A stretch of 64,000 nt of DNA from an uncultured Rhodospirillaceae bacterium (GCA_964639965.1 CAZXGI010000001.1:18661-82660); one strand, 5' to 3'; shown: positions 46,209-56,136, counted from the first letter of the stretch. Program-made: numbers and translations. The notes: generated by a model from the sequence alone, not told the origin.

Positions 46209-47840
46209 TTATTCATTTCTCTGAGGCGCACTCGGGTGTTTCATAACAGTCGTTCGATCCCAAACAAATATATATTTTCCACGGTACCTTTGCACAAAGT
46301 TGGGTATTGGTCGTTTTTCATTTATTTTCTTATGTATAGAGATGATTTTTGCCCGAGGTGTTTTGGATAACCACTCTTTTATGTTCCCATCACCTGTTTC
46401 GAAAATAGGTTCTTCTAATTTTCCCAAGAAGTGAAATTGGCCATGATATTTGCCATAGTTGCCGACAACATAACCTTGGCGTTGTGCTTTAGCTAAATAG
46501 GTAGAAACAGGTCGAAGGTCGTATCCTTTCGATAACACCGGTTTGAGAAGACCCAATGAGGAAATAATCAGAACAGGGCACAATATCGAAATTAAAAGCA
46601 CTCGCTGGTAGCTTTGTTCTGGAGGTTTTATGATCATGATAATTCCAGATCCAATCAATGGTAATGCCCACCAGCGATTAATTTCAGCTGACCATTCGGA
46701 AAGGTGAAAAAAATGTCCTATTTCTGGCACAAATAAAGCCGTTAGCCCTAATAAGAAAAAGAATATTGTATATGGAAGAAGATCCCAGTGTCCGAGTATC
46801 AATTCTTTTTCACTTAGATTTGATATAAGGATTGCGCCCATGATGGCAAGAGCGGGAAACATAGGTAACAGGTAATGAGGTTGTTTTCCGCTGATGCAGG
46901 AAAGTATGACGACTGTTGAAGCGGCCCAGACCAGCATTAGGCGCATACCGGGATCCCTAACCTTTTTTTTATTATGAAAATTAGTCCATAATTTACAAAT
47001 TAGAGTTGGCCATAATAACCAGGGTAATAACAAAATTGGTATTATTGCGGCGTACCACCAAAAAGGTTCACGGTGTGCAAATGATTCTATGATACGTCCG
47101 GCAGATTGACCCCAGAAAATTGAATTTTGATATTCATCTCCTCCGGCTATGCCAGCAGGTATTGCCCACAGCAACGCTATAGCGATACCGGCGCATATGC
47201 CAACAATTATTTGCATATACCAATATATCCAGTTTATGGGTTTTCCGTTAATAGCCCAATAAGGAGCGAATAATGCTGATGGCAAAAGATAAACAAAAAT
47301 TACAGGGCCTTTTGCTAATAGACCTAAACCAATAGCTGAGGAGAACAAAACCCAACCACGAAGCCCATGGCCTTCCCAGATATTGATCAGCCCAATAATG
47401 CCAACTAAAGCCCAAAATGTGATGATCAGATCAAACATAGTTAGGGTTGTATAAATGCCCCAATAAAATGTACCCAATAAGACAATCGGGACAATAAAAT
47501 AAGCTTGAGACAGTGGCCACAATTTGCGGCAGGTGATACTGCTTAGAAATAGGCAGGCTAAGCCGAAAAGCGGAGCAACTAATCTAGGCCACCATTCATT
47601 AACCCCAAAAATTCCCCATCCAATATTTATTATCCAAAACAATAAGGGGGGTTTGTGGCTGTATGTATTGCCATTTAAATGCGGCACAAGGAAATTCTTA
47701 TTCAGCCACATTTCCCATGCTACTGATAGGTAACGTGTTTCATCCACTGGCATTAGGGGTCTGAAGTATAGGGCAGTGACAATAAGCATTGTCCAGGTTG
47801 ATAACCAAATCCATGGTTTCAATTGAGAATACTCTAGCAT
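46209..47840 (-). CDS. GT39 / ArnT-like lipid-linked-sugar glycosyltransferase (PMT_2 family)
   Basis: 543 aa with more than 10 TM segments. The periplasmic-loop motif PVDETRYLSVAWEM (DE.RY) and YSHKPPL are typical of the ArnT/PMT family. Confidence 0.8.
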   Translation of the reverse strand: MLEYSQLKPWIWLSTWTMLIVTALYFRPLMPVDETRYLSVAWEMWLNKNFLVPHLNGNTYSHKPPLLFWIINIGWGIFGVNEWWPRLVAPLFGLACLFLSSITCRKLWPLSQAYFIVPIVLLGTFYWGIYTTLTMFDLIITFWALVGIIGLINIWEGHGLRGWVLFSSAIGLGLLAKGPVIFVYLLPSALFAPYWAINGKPINWIYWYMQIIVGICAGIAIALLWAIPAGIAGGDEYQNSIFWGQSAGRIIESFAHREPFWWYAAIIPILLLPWLLWPTLICKLWTNFHNKKKVRDPGMRLMLVWAASTVVILSCISGKQPHYLLPMFPALAIMGAILISNLSEKELILGHWDLLPYTIFFFLLGLTALFVPEIGHFFHLSEWSAEINRWWALPLIGSGIIMIIKPPEQSYQRVLLISILCPVLIISSLGLLKPVLSKGYDLRPVSTYLAKAQRQGYVVGNYGKYHGQFHFLGKLEEPIFETGDGNIKEWLSKTPRAKIISIHKKINEKRPIPNFVQRYRGKYIFVWDRTTVMKHPSAPQRNE

Positions 47841-48112
47841 AATTTGCCTAAGTGTGATTCAACGACAGTTCAAATTATTTATTTTAGATAATTTTATTAG
47901 TTCTAATTAGTAATATTTTATAATATTCGACCAACTAAAGAAATCAATATAATCTGTTTGGCCGTCGTGATCGAAGTTAAAGTATTGAATTTGAGCAACT
48001 AACATTAAAATCGACCTCAGCATCTTGTTTATTAACAGATGAAACGAAAAATCGTTTTATGTATTAGTTGGTCTGTTGAATTGTTAGGGCGGAATTGATT
48101 TAATTTCTTCTG

Positions 48113-49285
48113 CTATTTGTCCTTGAACTCAACTAGTTTTAGGTTTTCCCCATTGATAATCAAAGCAAGTTTACCATCACGAAGATTAATTGCTTCTTGG
48201 CCAAATAACTGTCGCCGCCAGCCAGTCAGGGCTGGTACACCTGCTGTTTCGCCATACGCCGCAATTTTTTCGATGTCGCTCCCACTTGCGATAAGTTTCT
48301 GAGCGACATTCTCTTGTATAGACTTCATTTTCAAGAGAACTTTTAGTAAGTCAGTGACAGGTCCTATATTGCGCGGGAGATTTGATCGACGTGGTAAAAA
48401 AGGGCACTCGTTTTCAGGAATATTCGTGCCAGTCTCAACGGCTTTTAGAATATTATTACCCATGGGACCTTTAGCTAGACGTTGGCCAAGCCCACGAGTT
48501 CGGGCAAGATCTGTAGTAGTGCATGGCGCTTGGTGGGCAATTTCAATAAGCGCTTCGTCTCGTAATATTCTATTGCGCGGTAAATCATGTTTTTGAGCTT
48601 CCATCTCTCGCCACGCTGCTAACTCTTGCAAGATTGCCAAAATACGTGGTTTTGGATTGCGCACCTTTAATCTGCGCCAAGCTTCGTGCGGAGGAGCAAG
48701 ATAAATACGCTCATCCGTTAATTTATCTATTTCTTCTTTGAGCCATTCTTCACGTTCAGTTCTAAAGAGCTGGTCTTTTAGTGTTTCATATATTATTCGC
48801 AGATGTGTAACGTCTCCTAACGCATAGGCGATTTGCTTTTCTGACAAAGGCCGGACCGACCAGTCAGTAAATCGAGATGACTTATCAATTGATTCTCCGA
48901 CTATATTGTTTACCAAGGTTTCATAACCGACTGAGTCACCAAAACCGCATACCATGGCTGCCACTTGTGTGTCGAAAATAGGATTGGGTAATTTTTTTGC
49001 TAGCTTATAAAATATTTCGAGATCTTGCCGCGCCGCATGAAAAACTTTGATAACGCTTTGGTTCTCCATTAGTTTAAGAAGTGGCGTTAAATCTATATCT
49101 TTGGCTTTGGCGTCGATAACTTTAGCTTCTCTTTCATTGGCTAATTGAACCAGACAAAGCTGGGGCCAGTATGTCTTCTCTCGTATGAATTCTGTGTCCA
49201 CTGTGACGTATTCTGATTTCGACAAACGTCTACAGAATTCAGCAAGAGAAATAGAATCTTTAATTATTGACATAGAAAATGTCAT
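48113..49285 (-). CDS. rnd: ribonuclease D
   Basis: DEDD exonuclease motifs VTVDTEF, HAARQDL and YALGDV, followed by an HRDC-like region. Confidence 0.9.
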   Translation of the reverse strand: MTFSMSIIKDSISLAEFCRRLSKSEYVTVDTEFIREKTYWPQLCLVQLANEREAKVIDAKAKDIDLTPLLKLMENQSVIKVFHAARQDLEIFYKLAKKLPNPIFDTQVAAMVCGFGDSVGYETLVNNIVGESIDKSSRFTDWSVRPLSEKQIAYALGDVTHLRIIYETLKDQLFRTEREEWLKEEIDKLTDERIYLAPPHEAWRRLKVRNPKPRILAILQELAAWREMEAQKHDLPRNRILRDEALIEIAHQAPCTTTDLARTRGLGQRLAKGPMGNNILKAVETGTNIPENECPFLPRRSNLPRNIGPVTDLLKVLLKMKSIQENVAQKLIASGSDIEKIAAYGETAGVPALTGWRRQLFGQEAINLRDGKLALIINGENLKLVEFKDK

Positions 49286-49304
49286 ACATCCTTTTTTCTA
49301 GGAG

Positions 49305-50033
49305 CTAAAGCTCATTGTTGCGTTGGATAGGAAAATCCGGAAGATTGGATGGTTTCATTGCTTCTATTTTTACCGACTCAACATACGAAAAAGCTTGACG
49401 GTCGGAAACAATAATATCCACAAACCCAGCTTTCCCAAGTTTTGATTTTAAAGAGAGTTCGTCGATAGCTCCACCCAGAGACGTGTTGAATGAAAGTGGG
49501 TCTATAAGGATTTCTTGGGGTAGTTCTTTAACCTTAATTATATCACGCATAATCAAGCGACCTCTGTTTTTGAGAACTCTATAGGCCTCATTGAAGGCTC
49601 TTTCTTTATTTATCGATAAATTAAATGAGGCATTAGCAAGAATTATATTAACACAGCAGTTTTCTATTGGCAGATACTCCATATCGGCGCAGATGGGATT
49701 TATTTTATGGGTGTTGTGGTCCGATAAAACTTCATATGTCATGTCGAGACTGAAAACTTTCCCAGTGCTGATAAAAGTTGAGGCAATATAACTATCCAGA
49801 CCTATCCCTGATCCAAGGTCAAGTACCATTTCAGTCCCGTCAAAGTAAATATTGTCAAATAAGTAACCGCAACCGGAATACTGTGTTACTAAAATTGGAG
49901 GAAGGTTGTCTATGAGATTAACAGGATAACCTAATTCTTTAGGGTTTTTGTAACCTAGGCCTTTATTTTTTATTTGTCGTGAATAACGACGCTTGATTTG
50001 TGCTTTAATTTGATTTTCCCAATTTGAGGCCAT
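49305..50033 (-). CDS. class I SAM-dependent methyltransferase (distantly ArsM-like)
   Basis: YSGCGY upstream of the SAM motif VLDLGSGIGLD, and ...NLSINKERAFNEAYRVLKNRGRL... This resembles the arsenite-methyltransferase layout, but the SNCV Cys position reads ANAS here. Confidence 0.7.
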   Translation of the reverse strand: MASNWENQIKAQIKRRYSRQIKNKGLGYKNPKELGYPVNLIDNLPPILVTQYSGCGYLFDNIYFDGTEMVLDLGSGIGLDSYIASTFISTGKVFSLDMTYEVLSDHNTHKINPICADMEYLPIENCCVNIILANASFNLSINKERAFNEAYRVLKNRGRLIMRDIIKVKELPQEILIDPLSFNTSLGGAIDELSLKSKLGKAGFVDIIVSDRQAFSYVESVKIEAMKPSNLPDFPIQRNNEL

Positions 50034-50049
50034 GGGACATAGAATAAGG

Positions 50050-50080
50050 AAAAAGGGGGGTCTAGCAAGCGCACCCCCCC
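50050..50080 (-). terminator. rho-independent terminator after the metallophosphoesterase gene
   Basis: In the minus sense: ggggggg-tgcgcttgctaga-cccccc followed by ttttt (plus-strand G run 50055..50060, C run 50074..50080, A run 50050..50054). This is a pure G:C stem in very AT-rich DNA. Confidence 0.65.
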
Positions 50081-50103
50081 ATCATTATTTGAAAAAAAGC
50101 TTT

Positions 50104-50880
50104 TTAGTGTGGCATATGATCTGGGTTCCAAAATGTACCTGAGCGTATCATACCTGCGATACGTTCTCCATGCTCTATCCAACTATTTTCATTAAAGGAA
50201 GCCTGAGCCTCTGTGTCACATTCAACACGTTCAACACGACAATCCCATTTGCCTTCACCCATATATTCGACAACAGCATAAGAAGGGCGTGGATCACCAT
50301 CCCAGCTCATACCAACGGCAGCGGCGCAAACGAGTTTATTAACCTTATCACCATTCTTTATATTTCGAACAGAAGGTCCATGTATATGACCATGCGCCAT
50401 TACATCGTAGTTGTAATTAATCAGTTTTTCTGAGATTTCATCGTCCGTAAGACGAAATGGGAAAGCGTCCGAGTCGCCAATATCATATGGTGTGCCATGA
50501 AAAACATGAAAATCGTGACCCAAGTCTGGAGTGTATGTCATGGAAAATGGTCTTTTGTCTAACCATTGGATTTGTTCATCATTTAGCCGTTTGCGTGTTT
50601 GTTCCATCATACGAAACATCCACTCTTGGTGAGGGCTTTTTGGTTTTGTTGTTTCCCAAACTTTGCGTGTTACCCAAAGATCAACATTTCCAACAATTAG
50701 ATCAATTTCCGGTCGGTCCATCATCCTCTGGACTATAACTTCGGGTTCTGGTCCTAGGCCTACAAGATCACCGATCACGACTACTTTGTCAGGATTTTCT
50801 GATGCAACTTGTGCCTCAACGGCATCCAATTGGGTTATTTGGCCATGGATATCAGAATAGAGGCAATATTTAAAACTCAT
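50104..50880 (-). CDS. metallophosphoesterase (calcineurin-like fold)
   Basis: ORF 50104..50943. From ATG 50880 the motifs are YSDIHG, VIGDLVGLG, GNVD, HGH and FHGTP. The substrate is unknown. Confidence 0.8.
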   Translation of the reverse strand: MSFKYCLYSDIHGQITQLDAVEAQVASENPDKVVVIGDLVGLGPEPEVIVQRMMDRPEIDLIVGNVDLWVTRKVWETTKPKSPHQEWMFRMMEQTRKRLNDEQIQWLDKRPFSMTYTPDLGHDFHVFHGTPYDIGDSDAFPFRLTDDEISEKLINYNYDVMAHGHIHGPSVRNIKNGDKVNKLVCAAAVGMSWDGDPRPSYAVVEYMGEGKWDCRVERVECDTEAQASFNENSWIEHGERIAGMIRSGTFWNPDHMPH

Positions 50881-51194
50881 TTTTTTTTCCTTTCTTTTGC
50901 CATTTAACCTACAACGAGGCATCGAAATTAGGTTTGTTAGCAAGGGATTTTATATTTTAATCTTATAATTTAATTTCAAATTACTTAATTTCGGTTACGT
51001 ATAGTTAATAAATAGATTGTACCAAACATATCTGAGGGCCCGCAAACTTATTTATTCTCTTGAATCAAGTAATTCGGTTAAAATACTTGTAAATTTTTCT
51101 TATTCAAGTAAAACCAGCGGCCAAAAGCGTTGGGAGATTGCCTAATACACTATTTTGGTTTGTAATTGTTCAGTATAAAATAGAACTGATAAAA

Positions 51195-53015
51195 ATGAAA
51201 AATACCGTCCTACATCCTTTTCGCACGCATACTTGTGGCGAACTTACGATTGATAATACTGGTGAGAAAGTGCGTCTTTCTGGCTGGATACATCGAAAGC
51301 GTGATCACGGAAATTTGCTTTTTGTGGATCTTAGAGATCATTACGGGATCACTCAACTTGTCATTGAAAATACAGGTAAAACTTTTCAGAAACTCGAAAA
51401 TTCAAGGCCTGAGAGTGTTATTACGGTAACTGGGTTACTAGAAAAGCGATCTCCGGAGACTATCAATCCCGATATATCTACAGGTGAAATTGAACTTAAG
51501 ATTGAAGAGGTCAACGTTGAGAGCCCAGCACAGGAGTTACCAATGCAAGTGTTTGGAGATTCTGAGTTTCCTGAGGATATTCGCTTGCGTTATCGTTTTT
51601 TGGATCTTCGTCGCGAGATAATACATCAGAATATCAAATTAAGGAGTGACGTTATTGCTTCAATACGTAGTCGGATGAATGAAATTGGTTTTATGGAAAT
51701 CCAAACCCCAATCTTAACAACGACTTCGCCAGAGGGTGCTCGTGATTATTTAGTTCCAAGTCGCATTCATCCAGGAAAATTTTATGCCCTACCCCAGGCC
51801 CCGCAAATTTTCAAGCAAATGTTAATGATATCTGGCTTTGATAAATATTTTCAAATAGCCCCCTGTTTTAGGGATGAAGATGCTCGCGCCGATCGTTCGC
51901 CAGGTGAATTTTATCAACTTGATATAGAGATGTCTTATGTGACTCAAGATGATGTACTAAATTCTATTGAGCCGGTGCTGCGAGGTGTTTTTCAAGAGTT
52001 TGCAAAAGGGCGAGAAGTTTCATCAACTCCTTTCCTTCGACTTCCCTATAATGAGTCCATGCAATTGTATGGAACGGATAAACCCGACCTCCGTAATCCA
52101 CTTAAAATGATGAATGCTACTCATATATTTGCGGGTTCTGGTTTTAAAGTTTTTGCTGGGATGATTGAAAATGACGCAACAGCAGAAATATGGGCGATAC
52201 CAGCTCCAAATGGAGGTTCTCGGGCTTTTTGTGATAGGATGAATTCTTGGGCACAGGGAGAGGGTCAGGTTGGCCTAGGATATATTTTCTTTCGAAATAG
52301 TGAGGGTGCAGGGCCGCTAGCTAAAAATATCGGTTTAAAACGGACAGAACAAATTAAAACGGAACTCGGTCTTTCTGACGGGGATGCAGTTTTCTTTGTT
52401 GCGGGTAAGCCAAAAATATTTTCCCCTTTCGCTTCACTCGCCCGGATGAAGATTGCTACGGAACTGGGGTTGCTTGAAGATGGGGTTTTTAGATTTTGTT
52501 GGATTGTTGATTATCCGATGTATGAGAAGGATGAGGATACGGGTAGGGTGGAATTCAGCCATAATCCTTTCTCTATGCCACAAGGAGGAATGGAAGTTCT
52601 CGAGAAAAAGGATCCATTGGATATATTGGCATATCAATATGATATCGTTTGTAACGGTGTTGAGTTATCATCTGGTGCGATAAGGAACCATCGTCCCGAT
52701 ATAATGTATAAAGCGTTTGAAATAGCTGGCTACTCTAAGAACGAGGTTGAAGAACAATTTGGCGGTTTACTTAATGCTTTTAAGTTTGGCGCCCCGCCTC
52801 ATGGTGGATCAGCTCCGGGTATTGATAGAATTGTAATGCTTTTAGCTGATGAACCAAATATACGAGAAGTAATTGCATTCCCCATGACCCAGCAGGCGGA
52901 GGACCTATTAATGCGGGCTCCTATTGAAATTTCGCCGGAACGTTATAAAGAATTGCATATTAAAACTGATTTGCCTAAAGCAAAAACGAAGGAAAACAAA
53001 ATTAAATTTGAATAG
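51195..53015 (+). CDS. aspS: aspartyl-tRNA synthetase
   Basis: ORF 51138..53015. ATG 51195 ([17 protein letters not shown]) is the likely start. OB-fold N-domain, class II motifs [10 protein letters not shown], and [14 protein letters not shown]. Confidence 0.95.
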   Translation: MKNTVLHPFRTHTCGELTIDNTGEKVRLSGWIHRKRDHGNLLFVDLRDHYGITQLVIENTGKTFQKLENSRPESVITVTGLLEKRSPETINPDISTGEIELKIEEVNVESPAQELPMQVFGDSEFPEDIRLRYRFLDLRREIIHQNIKLRSDVIASIRSRMNEIGFMEIQTPILTTTSPEGARDYLVPSRIHPGKFYALPQAPQIFKQMLMISGFDKYFQIAPCFRDEDARADRSPGEFYQLDIEMSYVTQDDVLNSIEPVLRGVFQEFAKGREVSSTPFLRLPYNESMQLYGTDKPDLRNPLKMMNATHIFAGSGFKVFAGMIENDATAEIWAIPAPNGGSRAFCDRMNSWAQGEGQVGLGYIFFRNSEGAGPLAKNIGLKRTEQIKTELGLSDGDAVFFVAGKPKIFSPFASLARMKIATELGLLEDGVFRFCWIVDYPMYEKDEDTGRVEFSHNPFSMPQGGMEVLEKKDPLDILAYQYDIVCNGVELSSGAIRNHRPDIMYKAFEIAGYSKNEVEEQFGGLLNAFKFGAPPHGGSAPGIDRIVMLLADEPNIREVIAFPMTQQAEDLLMRAPIEISPERYKELHIKTDLPKAKTKENKIKFE

Positions 53016-53249
53016 AAAAAAAACTAGAGCGAGCGTGGTAATTTATATAGGTGTTGATTTATGTGGCGATTGGCGCCTGTTATACCCAATAACGAGATGG
53101 TCGTTTTCACATATCTTCTAATTGCTTAGTCTAGATAAATACGCTCACAATGGATTTGATTTTGTTTCATTTGAATTTGTCAATAAATTTTTAACTTATG
53201 ATTGAATAATAATTTTTAATCACATCGTAATTACAATTAGGGGGCTTTT

Positions 53250-53609
53250 ATGCGGCGAATCTTGCCGTCTGTTGTTTCAATTTTTCTATTAATTTCTTTT
53301 AGTGGGTGCTCTATGCCCGCTAGTGTGTCAGCTGTATCTTGGGCCATTGATGGAGCTAGTTACATTGCTACTAAAAAATCACTGACGGATCACGGCCTTT
53401 CTTTTGTTTCAGGTCAAGATTGTGCGTTATATCGTCTTATTACTGGTATGGATGTTTGCCAGGAATATCGGGATTCTTTTTCTAGTATCATCAAAATAGC
53501 GGAGGCCTCGGCATTAATTGAAAATCAAATCTCCCAACATAAAAAGAATGAAATTTTTTATAGTTTTGACCTGCAGCTTACTTCTTATGGAGAAAAGAAC
53601 ACCTTATGA
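53250..53609 (+). CDS. small lipoprotein of unknown function
   Basis: 119 aa. Signal peptide with lipobox MRRILPSVVSIFLLISFSGC. SD-like aggggg upstream. Confidence 0.6.
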   Translation: MRRILPSVVSIFLLISFSGCSMPASVSAVSWAIDGASYIATKKSLTDHGLSFVSGQDCALYRLITGMDVCQEYRDSFSSIIKIAEASALIENQISQHKKNEIFYSFDLQLTSYGEKNTL

Positions 53610-53760
53610 TGGCCTAAAATATATTCAGGAGAATTCAATCAATACTGTACTGAATTTCATAAAAGTTGAATCAAAATAATTAATTTTAAAAAATTTGCTG
53701 TTGCACTATATGCAGCGTTAAGAAGGCGTTTGGTGTTTTGGTCTTCGGTTATGAGGAAGT

Positions 53761-55026
53761 TTAATCCTTTAAGAAAGCCCGCCCCTTTTTTATAGATGGT
53801 CGACCAAATTTTCTTCGGACTACTTCCATCACATTCTCAACTTCAGCGATTTTCTCAATTTTATTGTCCAAAAGATCCGAATGGTCTGCTTCTTCAGGTC
53901 GGGCAAATTGTTTAACGCTGACGCCAATTAAGCGGTACCAGGTTCCATTCGCTTCGGGCATTAACAAAAGATTAGCTTCTTGATAAATTATCTCTGCCAG
54001 CTGAGTAGGTTGTTGGAATGTTCTAGAACGAGTTAATGTCTTAAAGTTGCTGGTTTTAAGTTTTACAGTAACTGTCCGCGCTGCCAGCTCTTTTCTTCTT
54101 AGTTGTTGTGATACATTTTCACAAAGCGGCCACAGTCGCTGGAGCAGCTGTTCTTTTGTTCTGATATTCTTATTGAATGTGGTCTCTTTTGAAATACTTT
54201 TTGACCTATTATTTGGTGCAACGTTTCTGTCATCTTCACCTCGAGCGAAATGAAATAGGCGTTTTCCAATCTTACCATATTTTTTGGTGAGGCTTAGCTC
54301 GGAGAAATGGCGCAGTTGATTTATTGTTATCAAACCATCTTTTTCAAGTCGGGTTCTCATCGTTTTGCCTACGCCCCATATCGAACCAACGGGACGAGGA
54401 CCTAAGAAATTAACTGCCTCTGCCCGGCCGATAATTGAGAAACCTCGAGGTTTTTTTATGTCAGAAGCTGTTTTAGCTAGAAATTTATTATAACTAAGGC
54501 CAACCGATGTAGTTATACCAATTTCGGTTTCGATGCGAATCGCCAATTTTACTAGTGTTTTGACTGGGCTAGCGCCGTGGAGTTTTTGAGTGCCACTTAA
54601 ATCAAGAAAAGCCTCATCTATAGACAAAGATTCAACTTGTGGTGTCGTCTCGCGCATCAGGTTTTTAATTTGCTGTCCAACTTTAAAATATTTTTTAATA
54701 TTGGGGGAAATAACTATAGCATCTGGACATGCTTCCAAAGCTTTATACATTGGCATTGCTGAGCGTACGCCCTTGATTCTAGATATATAACAACACGCTG
54801 CAACTACGCCCCGCTTGCCACCACCAACAATAACAGGTTTGTTTTTTAAATTTGGGTTATCCCTTTTTTCAACACTTGCGTAGAATGCATCACAGTCAAT
54901 ATGGGCAATACATAGTGTGTTTAATTCAAGATGAGCAAGCAGGCGGGGAGAATTGCATTTTGGACAACGCCTATTGTTAATTTCTTTGTCAAATTGAAAC
55001 AAGCATTCCTTGCATATGTAATGCAT
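53761..55026 (-). CDS. dinB: DNA polymerase IV with an N-terminal CxxC...CxxC zinc-ribbon extension
   Basis: ORF 53761..55050. From ATG 55026: MHYICKECLFQFDKEINNRRCPKCNSP..., then Y-family motifs IAHIDCDAFYASVE and SIDEAFLD. Confidence 0.9.
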   Translation of the reverse strand: MHYICKECLFQFDKEINNRRCPKCNSPRLLAHLELNTLCIAHIDCDAFYASVEKRDNPNLKNKPVIVGGGKRGVVAACCYISRIKGVRSAMPMYKALEACPDAIVISPNIKKYFKVGQQIKNLMRETTPQVESLSIDEAFLDLSGTQKLHGASPVKTLVKLAIRIETEIGITTSVGLSYNKFLAKTASDIKKPRGFSIIGRAEAVNFLGPRPVGSIWGVGKTMRTRLEKDGLITINQLRHFSELSLTKKYGKIGKRLFHFARGEDDRNVAPNNRSKSISKETTFNKNIRTKEQLLQRLWPLCENVSQQLRRKELAARTVTVKLKTSNFKTLTRSRTFQQPTQLAEIIYQEANLLLMPEANGTWYRLIGVSVKQFARPEEADHSDLLDNKIEKIAEVENVMEVVRRKFGRPSIKKGRAFLKD

Positions 55027-55239
55027 ATGGAGAGCCCCAGCAATATTCAAAAAATAGGGTCAATATATAACCTAAAAAGGTAGAATTAATAAATTTTTTT
55101 TTGAATCAAAAAATAAATACTTTTGAAATACTTTTAGGGCATTATCTCCACTATAAAAAATAACAAAAATAAAGTGACAAAGTGAATGTGGTACAATGTT
55201 TTCCGTCAGATTATTCGGTGAACTTAAGAGGGTGAATTT

Positions 55240-56046
55240 ATGACCAGCAAAACTAATTTGGATTATTTGGAGCATAACGAGGGTATTTCTGAGGGAAACC
55301 CCAAAAATAAACTGGGGTTTACGCAAGAAGGCTTAGATCTTGCTCTTAGTTTGAAGGAAAAATATCAAAATCAACAACCATTGATTGTCCCAGATAATGA
55401 TCAAAAGTTACTGATGCCTGAACATTTGCTCAACCCTGACATTGATTTACAAGTCTTGGAAGACCCATTGCCCTTAGCAATGGTTGCCACACGTGATCCG
55501 GATTCACCAATGTCGGTTTCAGCTGTCGTGCGAATGAGTGTAATTTCAGAACGCACACCGCTTGTCACAGAGGTATTTGGCATGTTAGGCCAAACCTCAA
55601 AACACCGCGTTGTTAGGCAATGTGTTGGTTTAGTGACAGAGAGCGCATTTAATCCGAAGATCATAAATAAAGTGCGCCGTAATGCTAAGCAATTTGTTGC
55701 GATTAGTCGTAAGCGATATACTGAAGCTCTAAAGGAGAATTTACGGCAGCTTATTGATGGCAGCTTAAACCCGCGAACTTTTGTTACCGAATTTTTTGAG
55801 CTTTCTGAAGCAGGTAACCTACGCGTTGATATTCGAAAGCGTTTAATCTTGAATTTGTTAAATTCGGATACAATCCGTCCTTCTATCAAATTTTTATTTC
55901 TCGAAAATTTAGAGCGTCTCCCAACTGAAATGCAAAGTGAAATAATTAATGAAGCTATGAGTGCACCTGATAAGCCTAGCCTTGAGGCTATTAAACAAGA
56001 ACTTGCTTGGATTCGGCTTAGTTTGCCGCCAGCAACCTTAAATTAA
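55240..56046 (+). CDS. hypothetical protein, no recognisable motifs
   Basis: 268-aa ORF with a good SD (aagagggtg, 7 nt before the ATG). No TM segment or signal peptide. The C-terminal two thirds look helical (heptad-like L/I spacing). The 162-aa antisense ORF is judged a shadow ORF. Confidence 0.6.
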   Translation: MTSKTNLDYLEHNEGISEGNPKNKLGFTQEGLDLALSLKEKYQNQQPLIVPDNDQKLLMPEHLLNPDIDLQVLEDPLPLAMVATRDPDSPMSVSAVVRMSVISERTPLVTEVFGMLGQTSKHRVVRQCVGLVTESAFNPKIINKVRRNAKQFVAISRKRYTEALKENLRQLIDGSLNPRTFVTEFFELSEAGNLRVDIRKRLILNLLNSDTIRPSIKFLFLENLERLPTEMQSEIINEAMSAPDKPSLEAIKQELAWIRLSLPPATLN

Positions 56047-56136
56047 ACATTTCAAAGCCTTTTTTTTGATATATTTCTTCATAAATTCTAGACATAACCA
56101 CGCACGCAATTAATCTTAAAGGATGCATATTTTTCT

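Noticed and set aside
55401-55889. 162-aa minus-strand ORF antisense to the 268-aa hypothetical gene
   Set aside because: It is shorter than the plus-strand ORF, has no SD, and has an Arg/Ser-rich composition typical of antisense frames. The plus-strand ORF has a strong SD. The plus-strand gene is itself unverified, so this rejection is not absolute.
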